Below, piece by piece: positions 33,823 through 42,820 of a DNA stretch of 60,095 bases. Position 1 is the first letter of the stretch, and each line of letters begins with the position of its first letter. The position numbers and the translations under genes were made by a program. The notes under the pieces were generated by a model. The model had not been told where the DNA came from. It saw nothing but the letters and a program-made list of their open reading frames with translations, and did not search any database. Source of the DNA: Candidatus Kaiserbacteria bacterium (GTDB lineage: Bacteria > Patescibacteriota > Minisyncoccia > Phycocordibacterales > UBA2100); assembly GCA_016217935.1 (NCBI GenBank), contig JACRFJ010000010.1, forward strand, positions 1 to 60,095. Reading direction: 5' to 3'.

Positions 33823-33831
33823 ACTATAGCA
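33823..33831 (-). promoter_or_regulatory. extended -10 TGCTATAGT, 6 nt upstream of the uvrD GTG
   Basis: The reverse complement of 33816-33831 reads TGCTATAGTTCCTCGG (extended -10 TGCTATAGT, 6-nt spacer TCCTCG, then the G of the GTG start at 33816-33814). There is no room for an SD. Confidence 0.45.
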
Positions 33832-34204
33832 TTTTTCCGAAGATGAATTTTGGGGTTGACAGGGGTTGGATACGCTGCAGGTTGACAGGCCAGTTATCCA
33901 CTCGCCTAACCGATTATGAATTGACTATGAATGCCTCGTTCGGTAGGGTGAATGGGCCGGTAGCATATACAGTCCTCTCTGCGGCACCTCAAAAAACCGA
34001 GGTTTTAAGCCGAAATCTGAAACTTCCCTTCTTGTTACCGCTAAAAACTGGCTTCAAGTCTCACTATAGTCGGGGTAGGCGCGAAAACGCCCTCTCTTGC
34101 CGTGGTACGACGGAAAAAGTCGGTTGACGTGGCCTATTTTGTCTACAAAAAAAGAATCCCGGCACTCGCAAGGAGCTCTTGGGAATACATATAGGAGATG
34201 GGGC

Positions 34205-35221
34205 GTGAGACGTATAACGGTTTCGCTCATATCTTTGCTTTTGGTCGTCGGGTCGGTGATTCCCGCGATCGCTCATGCGTCGGTGCTCAGTTTTCTGCGA
34301 GCCTCTATCAGAGGAAATACTGCTGAGGCAGAAACTGTCTCTGGCTCGGGTAATGTACAGACAATGTCGCTTTTAAAACCTGCAACCAACTTGGATCCAT
34401 CTCCGAATCGTGGCGGGGGTGACATTACGATTGTCGATGATACGGCGCTCTTGCCGGAAGATGGCCCCGCAGGTACGATCGCTGACATTGAAAAGCCGAA
34501 AAATTCGACGATCAGTGTGTACGTAGTTCGTGAGGGCGATACACTCTCTGAGATCGCAGGTCTCTTCGATGTCTCGCCGAACACTATTTTGTGGGCGAAT
34601 GATCTCCCACGCGGCTCATCACTGAAGGTTGGACAGAAACTCACCATTTTGCCAGTAACCGGTGTACGCTACACGATCAAAAAAGGTGATACGCTCGCAT
34701 CGGTTGCGAAAAAGCATGGAGCAGATGCGGCAGAAATCGCGAGCTACAACGGGCTCGATGAATCAGGCCTTACCGTCGGCGCAGTACTCATTATCCCCAA
34801 CGGCGAGATTGCAGCAGCGCCGACACCGAAGCCAATCCTCAGCAGAGTGGTTACCGTGAGCACCTCGGTGCGAAGCGGATACTACATGGCACCGCTCGCG
34901 CGCTACGTGAAAACGCAGGGCATTCACGGCTACAACGGCATCGATCTTGCAGCCCCAGTCGGTACGCCAATCATGGTCTCTGCCGCGGGGGATGTCATCG
35001 TGGCAAAGGAGACCGGGTACAATGGGGGCTACGGGAGGTACGTTGTCATTCAACACGACAATGGTTCACAAACGCTCTATGCCCACCAATCGAATGTGAT
35101 CGTAAATGCGGGGCAACACGTGGTGCAAGGACAAGTGATCGGATACGTCGGCAATTCTGGCCGTTCGACCGGCGCGCACCTGCACTTCGAGATCCGTAAT
35201 GGTATACGCAATCCATTCTAA
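34205..35221 (+). CDS. LysM (x2) + M23 family peptidoglycan endopeptidase
   Basis: A GGAG at 34194-34197 sits 7 nt before GTG 34205 (MRRITVSLISLLLVVGSVIPAIAHA signal). The LysM repeats are YVVREGDTLSEIAGLF... and YTIKKGDTLASVAKKH.... M23 motifs are HGYNGIDLAAPVGTPI and GNSGRSTGAHLHFEI. Confidence 0.9.
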   Translation: MRRITVSLISLLLVVGSVIPAIAHASVLSFLRASIRGNTAEAETVSGSGNVQTMSLLKPATNLDPSPNRGGGDITIVDDTALLPEDGPAGTIADIEKPKNSTISVYVVREGDTLSEIAGLFDVSPNTILWANDLPRGSSLKVGQKLTILPVTGVRYTIKKGDTLASVAKKHGADAAEIASYNGLDESGLTVGAVLIIPNGEIAAAPTPKPILSRVVTVSTSVRSGYYMAPLARYVKTQGIHGYNGIDLAAPVGTPIMVSAAGDVIVAKETGYNGGYGRYVVIQHDNGSQTLYAHQSNVIVNAGQHVVQGQVIGYVGNSGRSTGAHLHFEIRNGIRNPF

Positions 35222-35325
35222 TCGTTTATGCTGAACGACATACTTCGTATCGCAACGATACTCGTACAGATCCTTCTCTAAACCCGGTTTTCCTCCGCGT
35301 GTGATCATGCTACGATAGGGCAGCC

Positions 35326-36330
35326 ATGATTGTTGCCGACGTGATCGTCGATCTGCAATACGGAGATTGCGGTAAGGGAAAAGTCGCCCACTACTTGAGC
35401 AACAAAAACTCCTACACTCATGTGCTCCGCTACAACGGCGGCTGCAACGCGGGGCACACCATTTTCCATAAAGGTCAAAAATTCATTACGCACCATATTC
35501 CCGCGGGAGTTTTTTTCGGTATACGCAGTGTGATCGGTGCCGGCTGCGTGCTCGATCCGGATCAATTCGTACGCGAAATCAAGATGCTTGAGGATGGAGG
35601 CGTGCGAACAAAGGGCAAAATCTTTATCGCGCGCAATGCGCACGTCATTACTGATGCGCACAAAGCAGAAGATAAAAAAAGGGGAGGTAAAATCGGCACG
35701 ACCGGACGAGGCAACGGCCCTGCATACCGCGACAAGTACGGGCGTACCGGCGTACGTGCAGAACAAATCGCGCGACTCAAACCTTACCTCGTTGATCTCT
35801 ATCGGGAATGGTATTCGGGCAAGCCAGTAAAAATTCTTGCCGAAGGTGCGCAAGGATTCGGACTCGACATCGATTGGGGTGATTACCCATTTGTGACCTC
35901 GTCGCACTGCACGATTGCGGGGGCGCTTCTCAATGGGTTGCCCGCCAATGCAGTACGTCATGTCTGGGGCGTTGCGAAAATTTATGAGACGTACGTCGGT
36001 AGCAAAAAATTCCAGCCGAAAGGTACGGTGTTCAATAGAATCGGAGACATCGGTGAAGAATTTGGTTCAACGACTGGACGCCGCCGTCAGTGCAACTGGA
36101 TGGATATGCAAACGCTCGAACGTGCAATCCATATCAATGGAGTCACGCATCTTGTCTTCAATAAAGTCGACGTCTTACGGGAAGTGGGAGAGTGGGCCCT
36201 CATTGACCGAAAGAAGGTGGTACGTTTCAAAAGCGAAAGGGAGATGAAAGATTTTGTCATAAAGCGTCTTGCGTCACTTGGTCTCAAGCGCAACCGTATC
36301 TATTTTTCCGAGAGCAAGGAGAGAATCTAA
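35326..36330 (+). CDS. purA: adenylosuccinate synthetase (short, ~335-aa form)
   Basis: Carries QYGDCGKGKV (P-loop), GGCNAGHT and IGTTGRGNGPAY. Confidence 0.88.
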   Translation: MIVADVIVDLQYGDCGKGKVAHYLSNKNSYTHVLRYNGGCNAGHTIFHKGQKFITHHIPAGVFFGIRSVIGAGCVLDPDQFVREIKMLEDGGVRTKGKIFIARNAHVITDAHKAEDKKRGGKIGTTGRGNGPAYRDKYGRTGVRAEQIARLKPYLVDLYREWYSGKPVKILAEGAQGFGLDIDWGDYPFVTSSHCTIAGALLNGLPANAVRHVWGVAKIYETYVGSKKFQPKGTVFNRIGDIGEEFGSTTGRRRQCNWMDMQTLERAIHINGVTHLVFNKVDVLREVGEWALIDRKKVVRFKSEREMKDFVIKRLASLGLKRNRIYFSESKERI

Positions 36331-36357
36331 CCGTATACACAGGGGGGTCTTGCAAAT

Positions 36358-36723
36358 TTGGCGAAACGTGAGATAAAGCAAGTAATGACTGAGGACACCA
36401 CACGCCGCGATGAACTTGCTCGTGAGCGCACCGTGCTCGCCAACGAACGCACCCTCCTCTCGTACATTCGCACTGCGCTCGGCCTTGTTGCGCTCTCAGT
36501 TTTCGCGTTTAAGTTTGCGGACCAGGAAAGTGCGATCGTAATCGCACTCGTCGCTCTTCTTGGTGCCTTACTCGTGTTTTGCATTGGCCTGTATAGCTTC
36601 AGACAATCCTCTGCTCGTATCGATGGCACAATTCACGAACACGCGCACTCAGTGTGGAGCACGTTGGCTGCCTTTGCGTTTATAAAACAGAAAGACACCT
36701 CTCCTCATCACGAGCACGAGTAA
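36358..36723 (+). CDS. DUF202/YidH-family membrane protein
   Basis: Carries the LANERTLLSYIRTAL signature plus two TM helices. The ORF opens with TTG 36358, and ATG 36385 is an alternative. Confidence 0.7.
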   Translation: MAKREIKQVMTEDTTRRDELARERTVLANERTLLSYIRTALGLVALSVFAFKFADQESAIVIALVALLGALLVFCIGLYSFRQSSARIDGTIHEHAHSVWSTLAAFAFIKQKDTSPHHEHE

Positions 36724-36729
36724 GGCACA

Positions 36730-37095
36730 TCAGAGAGGCCTCGTATTTTGACCCTCAGTGATTGGGTAGACAATGTGTGATCTGAAGTAAAAGACGATCG
36801 CGGAAAAGAGAGTGGTGCCAGCGGCGAAGGCAGGCGAAAAATAATCATGCCAGTCTTTTGCTTGGAGCGGGAACATCATCAGTTCATCCACAATGAGCCC
36901 CCATCCGATTGCATATGCAGGGAGGGATCGGCGTGCAAGCCCAATCACGATCAGCAAGAATCCGTACATGTAGTGATGCAGCGGGAATTCGCCGATCACG
37001 GGACTGTGTAAACGGAATAGAAACAAAAACATTCTCGTCACCAGAATTGTGCAGAGAAAGATAAGAAAAAATCGGTCTGGGTTCTTATATTTCAT
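36730..37095 (-). CDS. hypothetical integral membrane protein (121 aa)
   Basis: Has four hydrophobic segments. It lies 2 nt downstream of comM on the same strand. Confidence 0.6.
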   Translation of the reverse strand: MKYKNPDRFFLIFLCTILVTRMFLFLFRLHSPVIGEFPLHHYMYGFLLIVIGLARRSLPAYAIGWGLIVDELMMFPLQAKDWHDYFSPAFAAGTTLFSAIVFYFRSHIVYPITEGQNTRPL

Positions 37096-37097
37096 AC

Positions 37098-38711
37098 TTA
37101 GAGTTCTCGCTGTCGGTACTGGAGGGCCTCGAGCATGTGCGAGGGCTCGATCGTATCCGACGCCACGAGATCAGCAATAGTGCGTGCAAGCTTGATCGTG
37201 CGGTGATAGCCGCGAGCGGAGAGCTTCATCGAGCGAGCGGCGCCCTGCAGAGTTTCTTCCGCCTTCGGTGTAAGCTGCGCGAGCGATTCGATCTCTTTTG
37301 GACCCATGTCTGCATTCGTCGTTACCTGCTTCAATCCCTCAAAACGACTCTGCTGCCTCTCTCGCGCTTTCGTAATACGTTCGCGCATCTCGCGCGTTTG
37401 GTTGTCCCGTTCGCGCTTCCTCATCGCCAGTGTCTCCGGCGGCATCTCTCCGACGTGAACCCATAGGTCGATACGGTCAGCCACGGGACCGGAAATCTTC
37501 CGTTTGTATTTATCGATCGCGTGCGGCATACATCGACATTCGCGCGTTCCGTATTTTCCACACGGACACGGGTTAAGCGCCGCCACGAGCATGAAATTTG
37601 CGGGGAAGGTGGCAGATCCGCGCGCCCGGGCAACGGAGACCTGTGCATCTTCAAGCGGTTCTCTGAGCGCATTGACCACATCACGATGGAACTCGGGGAA
37701 TTCATCGAGGAACAGCAACCCCCGATGCGCGAGTGTCACTTCGCCGGGCCGCGGTACACTTCCTCCCCCGATGAGCGACGCGTACGACGATGTGTGATGC
37801 GGCGCGCGAAATGGCGGTCGGATCACGGCCCGATCGGCGACTCCCGCGTACGAATGAATTGCCGTAACTTCAATAATCTCACTCTCGCTCAAATCCGGGA
37901 GTAGCGCGGCTGCAGCTCGAGCGAGCATTGTTTTACCGGTGCCTGGCGGACCAAAAAGCGCAATATTGTGTCGCCCGGCTGCTGCAATTTCGAGACCGCG
38001 CTTTGCAGTCTCTTGTCCGCGGATGTCGGAGAGGGAAACACCCTCTTCGTAGGTATGTGTTTCGCGGCGCGACGTGCGATAGGCCGCGATCGCGAAATCA
38101 CTCTCCTCATCGAGGTGTGCGAGCGTTTCTCCGAGGGACTGCACGGGATAGATTTCAATACCGGATACGAGCGATGCCTCCTCGGCATTCTCTTGCGGGA
38201 GATAGAGCTCGGTATATCCTCCATCTCGAGCCCTAAGAGCGATCGACAGTGCACCACGAATTGGGCGCACGGTGCCATCGAGCGCAAGCTCACCGGCAAA
38301 GAGCTTCTCTTTTGGGTCGAATAGTATTTGCTCTGACGCGAGGAGGAATGAAAGCGCAAGCGGAAGGTCAAATACGGCACCTTCTTTTTTTAACTCCGCG
38401 GGCGCGAGCGAGAAGACGATCTTTTTGTTGCTGCGCTTCGGAGACTCAAAATCTCCTGCTTGTCCTGAGCTTGTCGAAGGGGTGTTTTTGATCGCAGCCG
38501 CGATGCGATCTTTTGCTTCTTCGACTGCTTTGTCGGGGAGACCCACGATCGTGAAGGCATGCAACCCACGTACAATGTCGCATTCAATCGAAACAAGATG
38601 CGCGTGGGGGAGCCCCGGCTGCGCGGCACTCACACGCGCGAAGCCCGATTCTATTTCGTTCATCCCGTTAGAGGCAGGAAGCAATGCTTCCTGCACTGAA
38701 TTTATCGCCAT
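37098..38711 (-). CDS. comM: YifB/ComM-family Mg-chelatase-like AAA+ ATPase
   Basis: Has a Lon-like N-terminal domain. Carries Walker A ALFGPPGTGKTMLA, Walker B LLFLDEFPEF, and a C-terminal RGYHRTIKLARTIADL. Confidence 0.9.
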   Translation of the reverse strand: MAINSVQEALLPASNGMNEIESGFARVSAAQPGLPHAHLVSIECDIVRGLHAFTIVGLPDKAVEEAKDRIAAAIKNTPSTSSGQAGDFESPKRSNKKIVFSLAPAELKKEGAVFDLPLALSFLLASEQILFDPKEKLFAGELALDGTVRPIRGALSIALRARDGGYTELYLPQENAEEASLVSGIEIYPVQSLGETLAHLDEESDFAIAAYRTSRRETHTYEEGVSLSDIRGQETAKRGLEIAAAGRHNIALFGPPGTGKTMLARAAAALLPDLSESEIIEVTAIHSYAGVADRAVIRPPFRAPHHTSSYASLIGGGSVPRPGEVTLAHRGLLFLDEFPEFHRDVVNALREPLEDAQVSVARARGSATFPANFMLVAALNPCPCGKYGTRECRCMPHAIDKYKRKISGPVADRIDLWVHVGEMPPETLAMRKRERDNQTREMRERITKARERQQSRFEGLKQVTTNADMGPKEIESLAQLTPKAEETLQGAARSMKLSARGYHRTIKLARTIADLVASDTIEPSHMLEALQYRQREL

Positions 38712-38851
38712 TAATTTCCCGCACGGGTTTACCGCGTGTACATTCGAAGAGATCGACTTCCCTTCTGCCTCTCACGGGATTCATGAAGCAAGTGTAGTTG
38801 CTCCCTCTTCCTCTTGCCAGCGGTGTCCGTGCACAAGTGACGAGCTGGAGC

Positions 38852-39223
38852 TTATGCGTCTGCGTGTTCGATCGTTGTGCGCGCCGCAGGATTTGCCTTG
38901 AGACGTTCAAGCGGAATCGGTTCATTGCTTACCTCGCATATGCCATAGGTACCCTCGTCCATTTTTTCGAGCGCATCGGAAACATCGCGATGTCGCTCTT
39001 CGAGCTCTTCGACGAGTGGCACATTGGTCGCGAGTTCTTCGATTTGATCTGCGACATCATTGGGATCAGACCCTTCTCCTTCAAAGCCAATCGAAGCTCC
39101 CTGCCAATCCCCTGTTTCATTTTGAATACGCCCGTGCGAGGCGAGTTCCTCCTCGAGATCTTCTTTTTCTACTTCGAGCGCGCGACGCAGTTCTTCCAAT
39201 TCTGCTTGCGGGATTTTTCTCAT
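38852..39223 (-). CDS. DksA/TraR-family protein with degenerate zinc finger
   Basis: Has an acidic coiled coil and then GTYGICEVSNEPIPLERLKANPAARTTIEH. Only one of the four canonical Cys residues is present. Confidence 0.65.
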   Translation of the reverse strand: MRKIPQAELEELRRALEVEKEDLEEELASHGRIQNETGDWQGASIGFEGEGSDPNDVADQIEELATNVPLVEELEERHRDVSDALEKMDEGTYGICEVSNEPIPLERLKANPAARTTIEHADA

Positions 39224-39259
39224 GCAGCGAGTATACCAAATGCCTTTTTCCTCGCCAGG

Positions 39260-40489
39260 TTAGAGTCGCCGCGCAGCTTGCAGTCGGTTGAGGATTTCTG
39301 TAAATGTGTACGGGCTCTCTGCAATCACAAGAATAGTGCGTGTTGGGAACGCGTAATAGAGCTGGATCGTGCCGCTGTCATCGGAAAGTGCTCGCACGTC
39401 GTAATTACGAAAGATCCGATCACTGAAAAAGCGTTCAGTCGGAATGCCGTTCTCTCCCTCGGTGAGCCTGGGTACGTTCGCAAAAATAGGTGCCAAATCC
39501 GCATTCATTGTTTTTTCCCATTCGAGCATACCTGCGAACGCATGATCGTACGAAGTCACCGTCGCGACGACGAATGGCGCGTTCTCATCGACTGTGTGGA
39601 AACCAAAAAAGAATGTATCTCCCAAGGCGCGCAAGAGACTCTCGGGTGGTTGCGCACCAATCGCGTCTGCGAATTCCGCAAAGGTCGCTGGCCTCGTGCT
39701 CTCGCCGAGGCCCACGGTCGGAATGACTCGAATCATTGAGCCGAGCGCGCCACTTGCATTGCGTCCTGCCGCGAGATCGTTTTTCACTGTTTGCGGTGAT
39801 TGCGAAGAGATGGAATACCGCGCGGTCTGCTCTGCGAACACGAGTGCGTCATTCGTGATCTCAACTGGGGTGGTGCCAACTTTTTGTTTTGCAATGAAAT
39901 ACACACCGCTCAGCGCTAAGATGCCGAGTAGTACAAGAAGCGCGACGGTGAAGGCTACTCCGACAAATCGCTGCCGGCGTGGCCTCGATTGCACCTGTGC
40001 ATCTGCGGCAAGCCCACGAGTTTTTTCCTGCTCAAGTGCGACTGCGCGAACAACCGAAATTTTCTGATCGCGGACTACATGTTGAAGATCTTGCTTCAGC
40101 GTATGCACGGGGACAACGGACTCGTGTGCTTCAGCACTCACGTTTTCTTGGATGTGAGGTATGGCTACCGGCCCGGGCTCTCCTGTTTTTGCCGACGCGC
40201 CGAGAATTGTATCGTATTGCTGAGGCGCCTCTTGCGGGGGGAATGCCACGCCGAGATCCCGTCGTTCGGGAAGTTTTACCTCGCTGAGGATCTGAGCGAT
40301 GTCAGATTGCAGGCCTTTTCCTTCATTTTTTGCCGGAGATGACGTTTGTGCTTTGCCTAAAGCACGTTGCTCTTCGAGATGTCCGCCCGACACACTATTT
40401 TTGTGCGGCGCGTCGAGGGGCGCATTCTGAGGAGCTTCCGGGGGTTGCGGTTTGTTATCTGCGCTCGCGTCTGTCTTCTCGTCGGTCAT
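39260..40489 (-). CDS. hypothetical single-pass membrane protein
   Basis: Has a disordered N-terminus, a TM helix (FVGVAFTVALLVLLGILALSGVYFI) and an extracytoplasmic domain of about 210 aa. A GGGAG sits 5 nt before ATG 40489. The gene overlaps the pnp 3' end. Confidence 0.65.
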   Translation of the reverse strand: MTDEKTDASADNKPQPPEAPQNAPLDAPHKNSVSGGHLEEQRALGKAQTSSPAKNEGKGLQSDIAQILSEVKLPERRDLGVAFPPQEAPQQYDTILGASAKTGEPGPVAIPHIQENVSAEAHESVVPVHTLKQDLQHVVRDQKISVVRAVALEQEKTRGLAADAQVQSRPRRQRFVGVAFTVALLVLLGILALSGVYFIAKQKVGTTPVEITNDALVFAEQTARYSISSQSPQTVKNDLAAGRNASGALGSMIRVIPTVGLGESTRPATFAEFADAIGAQPPESLLRALGDTFFFGFHTVDENAPFVVATVTSYDHAFAGMLEWEKTMNADLAPIFANVPRLTEGENGIPTERFFSDRIFRNYDVRALSDDSGTIQLYYAFPTRTILVIAESPYTFTEILNRLQAARRL

Positions 40490-42674
40490 TGCGTCTCCCA
40501 TCGCTTTCCGACGGCGTGAGACCCTTGCGGGCCGCCCACTCCGGATCGGCAGCTTTGATAGAGAGATTATACCTCCCCTTCTCGTCGATTTCTTTAATCA
40601 CGACAGGAACCACATCGCCGATCTGTACGGCATCCGAGATTTTTCCTATGCGGAATGGTGCGACTTCAGATACATGCACGAGACCGTCGAGATTCGGTGA
40701 GATTTTCACAAATGCGCCGAAATCCATCATGCGAACGACCTGACCCTCGAATCTGTCGCCGACCATGTACTCGCGCGTGAGATCTTCGACTTCTTTCAGC
40801 GCAGCTTCTGCGGAACCTTGTTTGCCCGTGATAAAAACGGTGCCGTCCTCCTCAATCGTGATGTCGTCGCATTTCGTGCGATCCTTGATGCCGTTGATTG
40901 TTTTGCCGCCGGGGCCAATCACGAGGCCGATTTGGTCGACCTTGACCCTCGTCGTGAGAATTTTCGGTGCGCGCGGACTGATGTCGCTTCGCGGTGTAGG
41001 AATTGCTTTCAGAATCACGTCGAGAATCTGGAGGCGCGCTTTTTTTGCTTGCGCGAATGCTTCGATGAGCACAGGAACCGGGACACCTTCGACCTTCACG
41101 TCCATCTGTACGCCGGTCACCCCATCTGCCGTGCCCGCGACCTTGAAGTCCATATCACCGTGGTGATCCTCGGGGCCCTGAATGTCGGTGAGGATTTTGT
41201 ACACATTCGTTTTCGCGTCCGACATTCCGCCGGAGGCGGATCCGCCTTTGGCGGACATGAGAAGCCCCATCGCGATGCCTGCGACCGGTTTTTTAATCGG
41301 CACACCGGCATCCATGAGTGCCAACGTGCTCGCACAGACTGTTGCCATCGAAGTCGAGCCATTTGAAGCGAGACATTCGGAGACGATGCGTATCGTATAC
41401 GGAAAGGATTCTTTTTCCGGCAGCACCGATCGAAGTGATTTTTCTGCAAGCGCTCCGTGACCAATCATACGTCGATTCATGCCGCCAACGCGTCCCGTTT
41501 CGCCGACGCTAAACGGCGGGAAGTTGTAGTGAAGCATGAACGTCTTCTTCGTGTCCTGAAATTCGATCGTATCGATGAGCTGTGCGTCGCCCGGACCGCC
41601 CAATGTGAGCGCGGCAAGTACATGTGTCTGGCCACGGTAGAAAAGACCCGCGCCGTGAATGATCGGAGAAATACCGCCTGCTTGCGCAAAGAGCGGTCGG
41701 ATTTCTTCGAATCCTCTGCCGTCGACACGTTTCCCCTCTTTGATCGCGAGATCGTGCACATATTCGTCCATGCGATGCTCGAAGTAGCTATCGAGCGCTT
41801 GGGGTTTTGTCTCCAGGAATTTTAATGCCGCTTCTTTCATCCATATGCTCTTGAGTTCATTGATTTCAGTTTTGCCGATCTTTCCGCCGTATGAAGCGAG
41901 TTTCGGGTCGACGATTTCTGCGAATGCGGGAGCGAATTCCGGGGTGTCCGTCGGAGCGACGAATGACTGCTTCGTGACATTGCGCTCTGCCACAATCTGT
42001 TTTTGCCACGTCTGGATTTTCTCGATCTCCTCGCTTGCACGCGCGAGTGTCGTTGCGAGAATTTCTTCTCTGACTTCGCGCGCGTTAACCTCGATCATGT
42101 TGATAAGACTATCTTTACCGCAGACCGTGAGATCGAGGAGTGCTTTCGGCGGCAGCTCGTCGCTGCGCTGTCCGTACGTCGGATTCACGATCACCTCTGC
42201 ACTGTCCTCTTTCACACCAAGACGAACTGCAGAGACAGGACCGCTCCACGGAATGTCTGAAGTAGCGATTGCAAGCGATGCGGCATTCACCGCGAGGATG
42301 TCGGTATCGTAATCTTCAATCGAGAGGACCGTAATGATCACTTGCACGTCGCGCTTCAAGCCTTTCGGGAAAAGCGGACGGATCGTACGGTCCACAATCC
42401 GACCGGAGAGTACCGCTTCGTCAGAGGGTCTCCCCTCGCGACGCACGAATCGCGAGCCCAGGATCGCACCCGCTGCATAGAATTTTTCTTCGTACTCGAC
42501 TGAAAGCGGGAAGTAATCGAGGTTCGATTCGCGATTCGACATTACGACGGTGGCCAAGACTGCACTGTTGCCGTACCTGAGAAGCACCGAACCATTTGCC
42601 TGATCCGCCCAATCATTGAATTCGGCGGTCATCGTCTTGCCCCCAATGTCGAGGGAGTATTCTTTTTTTTGCAT
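40455..42674 (-). CDS. pnp: polyribonucleotide nucleotidyltransferase (PNPase)
   Basis: Has two RNase PH domains (GPEDHHGDMDFKVAGT), a KH domain (IGLVIGPGGKTINGI) and an S1 domain (GDRFEGQVVRMMDFGAFVKI). Confidence 0.96.
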   Translation of the reverse strand: MQKKEYSLDIGGKTMTAEFNDWADQANGSVLLRYGNSAVLATVVMSNRESNLDYFPLSVEYEEKFYAAGAILGSRFVRREGRPSDEAVLSGRIVDRTIRPLFPKGLKRDVQVIITVLSIEDYDTDILAVNAASLAIATSDIPWSGPVSAVRLGVKEDSAEVIVNPTYGQRSDELPPKALLDLTVCGKDSLINMIEVNAREVREEILATTLARASEEIEKIQTWQKQIVAERNVTKQSFVAPTDTPEFAPAFAEIVDPKLASYGGKIGKTEINELKSIWMKEAALKFLETKPQALDSYFEHRMDEYVHDLAIKEGKRVDGRGFEEIRPLFAQAGGISPIIHGAGLFYRGQTHVLAALTLGGPGDAQLIDTIEFQDTKKTFMLHYNFPPFSVGETGRVGGMNRRMIGHGALAEKSLRSVLPEKESFPYTIRIVSECLASNGSTSMATVCASTLALMDAGVPIKKPVAGIAMGLLMSAKGGSASGGMSDAKTNVYKILTDIQGPEDHHGDMDFKVAGTADGVTGVQMDVKVEGVPVPVLIEAFAQAKKARLQILDVILKAIPTPRSDISPRAPKILTTRVKVDQIGLVIGPGGKTINGIKDRTKCDDITIEEDGTVFITGKQGSAEAALKEVEDLTREYMVGDRFEGQVVRMMDFGAFVKISPNLDGLVHVSEVAPFRIGKISDAVQIGDVVPVVIKEIDEKGRYNLSIKAADPEWAARKGLTPSESDGRRNDRREDRRERR
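41226..41255. repeat. 30-bp double-hairpin element (copy in pnp, in frame)
   Basis: Reads TCCGCCGGAGGCGGA TCCGCCTTTGGCGGA. Its reverse complement matches the rarA copy at 29/30 positions. It is translated as SAKGGSASGG. Confidence 0.95.
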
Positions 42675-42792
42675 ATCGTCTCTATGTGACGACCGGATTT
42701 CAGCATCACCCTTACGGGAAATTCTGCCTATCCGAGCGTCACGGCTATATTAATGAAGGCACTGTAGCAGGTATCTGTGAGGATTCCAAGAA

Positions 42793-42818
42793 GGAAAGCG
42801 GCCTTCTGGCCGCTTTCC
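42793..42818 (-). terminator. hairpin GGAAAGCGGCC-TTCT-GGCCGCTTTCC just after the NYN gene stop
   Basis: 11-bp perfect stem. The minus strand continues TTCTTGG. Confidence 0.6.
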
Positions 42819-42820
42819 TG

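Noticed and set aside
33830-34204. RNase P RNA or tmRNA in the uvrD/M23 spacer
   Set aside because: Isolated look-alikes were seen: minus-strand CAGAUUUCGGCUUAA resembling the P4 3' strand, plus-strand GGAAAAAGUCGG, and plus-strand GGGGUUGACAGGGG. They lie on different strands or in the wrong order. No matching partner strands, T-arm or acceptor were found.
35305-35961. 218-aa minus-strand ORF
   Set aside because: It is antisense to purA, which has P-loop and GTP-site motifs on the plus strand.
38798-39739. 313-aa plus-strand ORF
   Set aside because: It is antisense to the DksA-like gene and to the 39260 membrane-protein gene. It has no motif and crosses an intergenic region.
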